From Promethearchaeati archaeon SRVP18_Atabeyarchaeia-1 (GTDB lineage Archaea; Asgardarchaeota; Atabeyarchaeia; Atabeyarchaeales; Atabeyarchaeaceae), in the NCBI GenBank assembly GCA_037308085.1, contig CP147779.1, positions 2,560,001 through 2,624,000 of the forward strand: 64,000 nt of DNA, written 5' to 3'. Position 1 is the first letter of the stretch, and each line of letters begins with the position of its first letter. Below are positions 57,687 through 64,000 of the stretch, piece after piece. The notes below the pieces were generated by a model, which was not told where the DNA came from, did no database searches, and saw nothing but the letters and a program-made list of their open reading frames with translations. The translations under genes were made by a program, and so were the position numbers.

Positions 57687-58643
57687 ATGAATCCTGAGGT
57701 GATTCCGATGAGGTTTGGAGCGACGATCTACACGCTGTCGGCCAAGGGCAAGTTCAAGGAGTTTGTCCAAGAACTCTACGACCTTAAGTTCAGAATCTTC
57801 GAGCTGTATCTGCCCTTCTACAATGTCATAAGCCCTGATTCATCCATAAACGAAAAGCCCGTGAAGGAACTCAAGGATGCGCTTAGCACTTTCGAGATTG
57901 AAGAGCTCTCCGCCCACGGATACTACGATGACGAGGTTGGCGTGATAAGCAACATAGCGTCGGTCGACGAGACTACGAGGAAGATGGCTGAGAGAACCTT
58001 GCTGTCAACAATAGATCTCTGCGCCAAGCTGAATGTACGCGTCCTGAACGAGCACCCTGGGACAATCTTCCCAGAGCTGAAGAGAAGTGGCAGGATCAAC
58101 ATCTCATTCATGGCAAATGATTTCGAGAAACTTGGGAAGGCGAAGGCTACTGAGATGGCTGAACGAACGCTCAGAGACTGCGCTAAAGTCGCGGAGGACA
58201 ATGACATAATGATTTGTGTTGAGAACGAAGTCCCCCGCCTCGACACGCTACCCATCGCCGACAATCCCATCGTGATTCCTACCTTAGTCGAAAATCTTGA
58301 CAATGATCACATTAGAGCGACCTGCGATGTGGGGCATCTGGCCCTATCGGCTTCATTCTTTGGTTTCGACATGATCTTTGCAGTGAAGATGCTGAAGCCC
58401 TACTTGAGACACCTTCATTTGCATGACAACAAGCTAGTCCCCTTTCCGGTCGGTGGAACGGACAAGCAGAAAGGGTTTGGGGATCTACATCTCCCACCTG
58501 GTCAAGGGCTCATCGATTTTGACGATGTGATGAAGGCGCTGACTGGAGTTGACGCAGTCTACAATCTTGAGGTCTTGGAATACAAGACTCTTTCCGATTT
58601 CAGAGTTGCTGCCGACTTCTTGGCGAAGAAAGAGAACGGGTAG
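57687..58643 (+). CDS. Sugar phosphate isomerase/epimerase (AP endonuclease 2 TIM barrel)
   Basis: HPG, CVEN, CDVGH, HLHLHDN, DLHLPPGQG. Confidence 0.88.
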   Translation: MNPEVIPMRFGATIYTLSAKGKFKEFVQELYDLKFRIFELYLPFYNVISPDSSINEKPVKELKDALSTFEIEELSAHGYYDDEVGVISNIASVDETTRKMAERTLLSTIDLCAKLNVRVLNEHPGTIFPELKRSGRINISFMANDFEKLGKAKATEMAERTLRDCAKVAEDNDIMICVENEVPRLDTLPIADNPIVIPTLVENLDNDHIRATCDVGHLALSASFFGFDMIFAVKMLKPYLRHLHLHDNKLVPFPVGGTDKQKGFGDLHLPPGQGLIDFDDVMKALTGVDAVYNLEVLEYKTLSDFRVAADFLAKKENG

Positions 58644-58664
58644 GGAATTAGACCGAGCTGACCC

Positions 58665-59198
58665 TTAGGCGTGCTTCACGAGTTTTTCGATCAGCATCCT
58701 AGCAACTTCCTTGAAGGCTTCGGGGACATTCTCTCCGGTCTTGGCGGAAGTCTCCATGAACTTTGCCCCTATCTTGCCTGCGAATTGTTCGCCTTCGTCC
58801 TTGCTTATTTTCCTTTCAAGGTCTATCTTGTTCCCGACTACGATGATTGGAAGGTCTCCGCTGACAAACTTTTTCACGTCGTTGACCCACACCTTGGCGC
58901 CCTTCAGGGTCTCCGCTCTAGTTACGTCGTAGACTACGAATGCCGCCTTGGCTCCCCCATAATACTTCTCTCTAACTCTGCTGAAAATCTCCTGCCCAGC
59001 AATATCCCATATCAACAAAGTGACGGCGTAGTCGTCGATTAGGTAGTCGTTTGACGTGATGTTCGCACCAAGGCTCGGGATATAGTTCTCCCTGAAAGAC
59101 GAACTTGTGTGCCTTGCGACTATGCTTGTCTTGCCAACGGCAGGATCACCTATAAACACAACCTTGAAGACGTGTTTAGCCCTGAGAATAGTTTCCAC
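58665..59198 (-). CDS. Rab-like small GTPase
   Basis: GDPAVGKTS (G1), WDIAGQE (G3), GNKID (G4), ETSAK (G5); no C-terminal prenylation motif. Confidence 0.95.
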   Translation of the reverse strand: METILRAKHVFKVVFIGDPAVGKTSIVARHTSSSFRENYIPSLGANITSNDYLIDDYAVTLLIWDIAGQEIFSRVREKYYGGAKAAFVVYDVTRAETLKGAKVWVNDVKKFVSGDLPIIVVGNKIDLERKISKDEGEQFAGKIGAKFMETSAKTGENVPEAFKEVARMLIEKLVKHA

Positions 59199-59385
59199 CC
59201 TCTACTGCATTAGCTGTAACTGGAATAAGTTAGAGACCTTTCGATATATAGGTTTTTATGCTTTTTGAGTGGATCCCAGGAGGCTAGATCACACGCTGTT
59301 AAGACAACGAGAACAGCTACTCCAGTAACCCAGGGATCTGACCCAAAGAGGTATTCGGACCGGGGCGCTTCAACTGTAGGTCCAA

Positions 59386-59877
59386 TCACTCCACGTTGGC
59401 GCCGCAATTCACACAGAACCTTGCTCCTGGGTGGAGGCTCGCGCCGCACAAGTGACAAAAGCTCGCTTGCCTTCTAGTAGGCGTGTCAGGTGCCTTACCG
59501 AGCTCCGTGCCAAAAGATATACGTCCACTCTTGGGATCAAAGTAGGCGTCTGTCGATCTCTTTGTCCTGAGATCCGTTATTACTCGTCTTACACTTCTCT
59601 CCGTCATCTCTACTTCCTCAGCGAGGTCTTGGACTTCGACCGCATTTTTCTTGTGCCCCTCAAGTGCAACCCCTACAATTCTCTGTGCATCGAATCTTTC
59701 CTTGATAATTATCAATGCAATTATCATCATAAATCCCCCAAACCCGAACAAAGAACCCATTATCGGATTGAGGTTGAAAGGCGTTGAGACAATACTATCG
59801 TACGTTCCAGCAAGAAGCGATATTGCAAAGAGAAATATCAGGAACCACGGGAATTGAGGATAAGTGCGTCCAGTCAA
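59386..59877 (-). CDS. 2-TM protein with PCI-like wHTH and C-terminal zinc ribbon
   Basis: Two TM helices, VQDLAEEVEMTERSVRRVITDL...AYFD, FCHLCG...FCVNCG. Confidence 0.75.
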   Translation of the reverse strand: MTGRTYPQFPWFLIFLFAISLLAGTYDSIVSTPFNLNPIMGSLFGFGGFMMIIALIIIKERFDAQRIVGVALEGHKKNAVEVQDLAEEVEMTERSVRRVITDLRTKRSTDAYFDPKSGRISFGTELGKAPDTPTRRQASFCHLCGASLHPGARFCVNCGANVE

Positions 59878-60280
59878 GGCTTATACTCTCCTTCACGCAG
59901 GGATACCGCGCGCCAAAGTGTAACCTATTCTGCAGGCTTATTAAGCGCTTGGCGGACCTTTAAGTTAATGATTCGAGAAGGCTAGAATAAACTTCGGACT
60001 CTGTCTGGTTTCACGCTTGGACGCTGCCTTTCTTGGTGTTAGCATTAGGCGTTAGGCACTTGGAACTAGTGATGATTGCTCTAAACCTTTATATTTGGGG
60101 TGTACTCACCGTTCATCTGTTACTGATAGGAAGACACGCAGAGGAGAATGGTCTCTGGATGAAGTCAATTGCCATTGCGTGGCTTCGGCTGTGAAGAGAT
60201 GATTGGTTCTTGCGGAAACGTCTATTCGCCGATCTTGTTTCACGGCTAATCCACAGGTAGGTCAGTTTTGAGGGGCGTGT

Positions 60281-61927
60281 TTGGTTTTGGGCTACAACAA
60301 AGGAGAGGAATTCGTCAGCCTCTTCAACGCCATCAAGAGACTGCGATCAAATAAGAATGTCCTGCAGCCAACCGTCGAAGAACTCCGGGAGGGCGCCGAG
60401 AAGATTGGAACCCTTACCGAATTCGGTAACTACCATTTCTCCTCGAACGTCAAAAACAGAAGCGCCGGCCTTACAGTCTACGTTGGCAGTGAAGAGATAC
60501 CGCAGAAGAACTTGAATAAGCAGCAGACAGAGATAGTCAAGAACATGCCTAGAACCCTTCAACTGGTCAACAAGTACATTCAGCGCGCTCCACTCTTCTA
60601 CATACCTTTGACCATGGGGCAGAATGACGTGTTCACTCCCCATTGCGACTTCATCCTATCCCGCTACAAGTCTGATTATGTGCGTCTTGCTTACATGGTC
60701 TACCAGACGCTCTTTCCTCGCGCAAGTACTCCAGGACCTCAAATGTATCTGGTAGATTTGCCAGAGTGGCAGGAGCAGGACAGGCAGATCTTGGTTTTCC
60801 CCGACGAAGGGCTTACTCTAGTCCTGGGAAGTGACTACTATGGCGAGGTCAAGAAGGGTTTTCTCAGGATGGCTATGTGGTTCACAAAGAAGAAGGGGGG
60901 GCTTGGGCTTCACGCTGGTGCGAAATCTATTAAGGCTCGAGACAGGTCAGGTAAGCTAAGAGATATTGGCATGATAATCTTTGGTCTCACTGCAACGGGT
61001 AAGACGACCCATACTGTCCATAACCATGGTCTGACTGGTCCGGGGGAAGGTGTGAAAGTAATCCAGGATGACGTCATATTCCTGCACCCAGATGGCTCTG
61101 CGTACGGATCTGAAAGAGGCTTCTACATCAAGACCGAGGGGTTGAAACCTGAGACACAGCCCCTCCTCTATAAGGCTGCAACCTCCAAGGACGGCATCCT
61201 AGAGAACATCATGGTCGACTACAAGGGAAAAATGTATTTTGAGGACGAGACCCTTACAGGCAATGGAAGGGGAATCATTCAGCGCACCGACCTCGGGGAA
61301 TTCATGTGTGAATCGCTAAATCTTCTACCCGTAGCCAGACTCGACAGACTCATCCTTGCTTTCATAACACGGAGAAATACCGTTCTACCGATAGTTTCGA
61401 AGCTGTCGACTGAGCAGGCTGCTTCAGCATTCATGCTGGGAGAATCAATTGAGAGCACTGGCGGAGATCCGAAGCGAGCTGGCGAGTCAGTGCGAGTAGT
61501 TGGCACCAATCCCTTCATAATAGGTGATGAGGCGAAAGAGGGAAACTGGATTTACGACTTCATAGAGAGGAATGAAGAAAAGATCGAGTCCTATTCACTG
61601 AACACCGGTGGAGTCGGCGAGATTCTTGAGAAGGCTCCTGACGGCACGAAAGTCATCAAGCAGAAGGTCCTCCGAGTCCAGATACCGGAAATGAGTGCAA
61701 TTATAGGGGAAATCTGCAGGGGCACGATTGAATGGGTTGACGACCCCCACTTCAATACGAAAATACCGAAAAAAGTTCCAGGCGTGGACATGAACAAGTT
61801 CGACCTCAAGAACTTCTACTCCTCGCAACAGGTAGATGAATACGTGAAAGCATTAAGGGCCGAGAGACTACAATACATCAAGCAGTTTAAGGGACTGAAC
61901 CCGGCTATTGTCAAGGCGTTGGAGTAG
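60281..61927 (+). CDS. pckA: Phosphoenolpyruvate carboxykinase (ATP)
   Basis: YYGEVKKG, LHAG, FGLTATGKTT, QDD, ERGFYIKT, LEN, NGRG, LNTG. Confidence 0.9.
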   Translation: MVLGYNKGEEFVSLFNAIKRLRSNKNVLQPTVEELREGAEKIGTLTEFGNYHFSSNVKNRSAGLTVYVGSEEIPQKNLNKQQTEIVKNMPRTLQLVNKYIQRAPLFYIPLTMGQNDVFTPHCDFILSRYKSDYVRLAYMVYQTLFPRASTPGPQMYLVDLPEWQEQDRQILVFPDEGLTLVLGSDYYGEVKKGFLRMAMWFTKKKGGLGLHAGAKSIKARDRSGKLRDIGMIIFGLTATGKTTHTVHNHGLTGPGEGVKVIQDDVIFLHPDGSAYGSERGFYIKTEGLKPETQPLLYKAATSKDGILENIMVDYKGKMYFEDETLTGNGRGIIQRTDLGEFMCESLNLLPVARLDRLILAFITRRNTVLPIVSKLSTEQAASAFMLGESIESTGGDPKRAGESVRVVGTNPFIIGDEAKEGNWIYDFIERNEEKIESYSLNTGGVGEILEKAPDGTKVIKQKVLRVQIPEMSAIIGEICRGTIEWVDDPHFNTKIPKKVPGVDMNKFDLKNFYSSQQVDEYVKALRAERLQYIKQFKGLNPAIVKALE

Positions 61928-61959
61928 TGAGGACAACTGATAATTCTGGGTGACTTGGC

Positions 61960-63018
61960 TTGAGAGCTCTCGTGAAGTATGCAAGGGGAGAGGGAAATAT
62001 CGAGCTGCGTGACATTAGTGAGCCTGAGTGCAGGGCTGGGGAAGTCCTGGTAGAAGTCGAGGCAGCTGGGATCTGCGGAACGGATGTCCACATTCTCCAC
62101 GACCAGACCTTCTACGCGCCTCCTGTAGTAATCGGACACGAATATTGCGGCAGAGTCATAAACGTGGGCGAAGACGTTCACGGCATAGAGGTTGGAGACA
62201 GAGTAACGAGCCCAGCAACTGTCCCGTGTGGCGAGTGCTATCTATGCAGGACAAACCACCAGAACCGCTGTACGGGATCCAATAAGAAGATTCTTGGTGT
62301 TTCCGGGGCTAATGGTGCATTCGCACAACTGATGGTTGTTCCGACAAAGATTATCCATAAGGTTCCCGACAGGGTTTCTTCAGAATCTGCGGCCCTAGCT
62401 GAGCCGATAGCGTGCGTCGTTCACGCCGCGATTGAGCGAGTAGAGATCAAACCTGGTGAGAGCATCGTCATCCAGGGTCCGGGTGCAATTGGTTTAATAG
62501 CGACCCAAATCGCGGCTATACAAGGTGCAGGGCAGATAATAGTAACTGGCACGAGCGCCGACAAGGAGCGCCTGGAAATAGCAGTGAAACTTGGAGCAGA
62601 CATAGCAGTCAACGTCGAGGAAGAAGACCCCGTCAAAGTAGTCAGTGACTTAACCACAGGCCTGGGTGCGGATGTCGTGCTGGAAGCATCTGGTTCTCCC
62701 GCCGCTCGCAGGCAGGCATTCGAACTAGTGAGAAGGTGTGGAAAAATCGGGTACATCGGTCTGACGGGGAGAACCAAAGAAGAGGCCAACTTGGACAATG
62801 TTGTTGAAAAGGAGCTGAGCATCACAGGTTCTTGGGGAACTGTCTGGACAAGTTGGAGGACGACTCTGGCACTTATGGCATCGGGGAAGATTAGAACTGA
62901 CCTCCTTATTTCTCACAGGTTGCCTCTCGAGGACTGGAAGAAGGGTTTCGATCTGATGGATAGCAAAGAAGGGTTGAAGATCCTACTGAAACCACAAGAA
63001 AGAATAGGAGAAAACTGA
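61960..63018 (+). CDS. Zn-dependent alcohol/polyol dehydrogenase
   Basis: GICGTDVH, GHEY, CGECYLC...C, EP, GPGAIG. Confidence 0.92.
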   Translation: MRALVKYARGEGNIELRDISEPECRAGEVLVEVEAAGICGTDVHILHDQTFYAPPVVIGHEYCGRVINVGEDVHGIEVGDRVTSPATVPCGECYLCRTNHQNRCTGSNKKILGVSGANGAFAQLMVVPTKIIHKVPDRVSSESAALAEPIACVVHAAIERVEIKPGESIVIQGPGAIGLIATQIAAIQGAGQIIVTGTSADKERLEIAVKLGADIAVNVEEEDPVKVVSDLTTGLGADVVLEASGSPAARRQAFELVRRCGKIGYIGLTGRTKEEANLDNVVEKELSITGSWGTVWTSWRTTLALMASGKIRTDLLISHRLPLEDWKKGFDLMDSKEGLKILLKPQERIGEN

Positions 63019-63081
63019 TCAATCCCTATTCACCCCTGAATCATTCCTCTCAATATTGGATGTCGCCGCAGGTGGTTTCTG

Positions 63082-64000
63082 TTGTCCGAGTGCATGTTCC
63101 TTGGAGTCGATGTCGGAACGGAAGGTACGAGGGCCTCGATCTATGACTCCGAAGGAAAGCTGTGCGCCAAGGCGGATCACCCTTTGACAACCTATAGGCC
63201 AAGGTATAACTGGATTGAACACGACGCAAGGGAATGGTGGCTCGCAGCATGCCACGCCATAAAGGAATGCATCAGCAAGGCCCCTTCGCCAGGATTCGTT
63301 AAGGCCGTTTCTGTCTGTGGCACTTCGGGTACGATCGTGCCAATAGGTGACCACGGGGAACCCCTCAGACCCGCTATACTCTACTCTGACACCCGGGCTA
63401 CCCAACAGGCTGAAGACTTATCTCGTGACTCTGAAATCAAGGAGCTGGGAAGAAGCCAGAGCTCCAAGATGGACGCATCAGGTGGGCTTGCCAAGATCCT
63501 TTGGATCTGCCAGAATGAGCCTGAAGTGTTTGGAAAGACGTTCAAGTTTCTTTCGACTACTGATTACATTGTGCTCAGATTAAGCGGTCGGGTTTGCTGT
63601 GACTACTTCAACGCCGCAAAGACCAGCCTTAATCTCCTGACGAAGCAGTGGGCTAGGGGCACCCTTGAACGATTTGGCATACCTATTCGACTGTTGCCCG
63701 ATCTCAAGGAGCCGGGCACAGCTATAGGTGAAGTGACTGAGCTGGCGGCAAAGCAGACAGGGCTGAAGGAAGGAACTATGGTTGTCGCTGGGGCAACTGA
63801 TGGAATTGCCGGGTTCATTGCATCGGGGGCCGTTGAGCCAGGACAAGCTTGCGAAGTCACCGGTACGACTCAGGTCTTCCATGTAACCTCCGATAAGTTG
63901 ACACCTGATCCCATGGGAAGGATCTATTACCACGTTCATCCGAAACCAAGTTGCTGGATAGCTGGAGGAGCTTCGTCTGGAGGAGGAATCATTCTGAGAT
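63082..64000 (+). CDS. FGGY-family (xylulokinase-like) kinase, partial at window end
   Basis: Hand-translated TTG/ATG start: MSECMFLGVDVGTEGTRASIYD...PAILYSDTRA...LAKILWI...GATDG...TGTT; not in the track because it has no stop in the window. Confidence 0.88.
   Translation, partial: MSECMFLGVDVGTEGTRASIYDSEGKLCAKADHPLTTYRPRYNWIEHDAREWWLAACHAIKECISKAPSPGFVKAVSVCGTSGTIVPIGDHGEPLRPAILYSDTRATQQAEDLSRDSEIKELGRSQSSKMDASGGLAKILWICQNEPEVFGKTFKFLSTTDYIVLRLSGRVCCDYFNAAKTSLNLLTKQWARGTLERFGIPIRLLPDLKEPGTAIGEVTELAAKQTGLKEGTMVVAGATDGIAGFIASGAVEPGQACEVTGTTQVFHVTSDKLTPDPMGRIYYHVHPKPSCWIAGGASSGGGIILR

Noticed and set aside
45-63939. Numerous 60-160 aa ORFs antisense to or nested in well-supported genes
   Set aside because: Shadow ORFs with no motifs that overlap confidently identified CDSs
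1-64000. tRNA/rRNA genes, including at the integration site
   Set aside because: No cloverleaf, T-loop consensus or rRNA-like stretch recognised by eye; tRNAscan-SE would confirm

Overview
Archaeal chromosomal window, most likely from an Asgard archaeon. The taxonomy is inferred from a Rab-like small GTPase, a roadblock/longin-like protein, a V4R protein, a PCI-like wHTH/zinc-ribbon membrane protein, archaeal TATA boxes and GGTGA-type Shine-Dalgarno motifs. Host genes include a PadR-Drr-type ABC exporter, an MFS transporter, two radical SAM enzymes, archaemetzincin, AOR, MinD/ParA, an M6 protease, a SAMP/ThiI sulfur-relay cluster, LplA, glpABC plus an alkyl-DHAP-synthase-like flavoprotein, two FGGY kinases, PEPCK and an ADH. 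Two mobile elements are visible. (1) A ~10.9 kb integrated element (30417-41294) bounded by an 11-bp direct repeat. It encodes a tyrosine integrase, a divergent AbrB/RHH switch, several unannotated micro-ORFs, a Zn-finger P-loop replication protein followed by a 61-bp inverted iteron array, and a type IIG restriction-modification fusion. (2) A ~600 bp internally deleted IS200/IS605 (tnpB) element that keeps both ends. The strongest candidate for an undescribed system is the operon at 8867-10570: a divergent diGly-terminated ubiquitin-like protein overlapping a protein that fuses a Cys-containing ~90-aa domain to a catalytically dead Rab-like pseudo-GTPase, followed by an archaemetzincin protease. 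No tRNA, rRNA or CRISPR array was recognised. All calls come from reading motifs by eye; no database searches were run.
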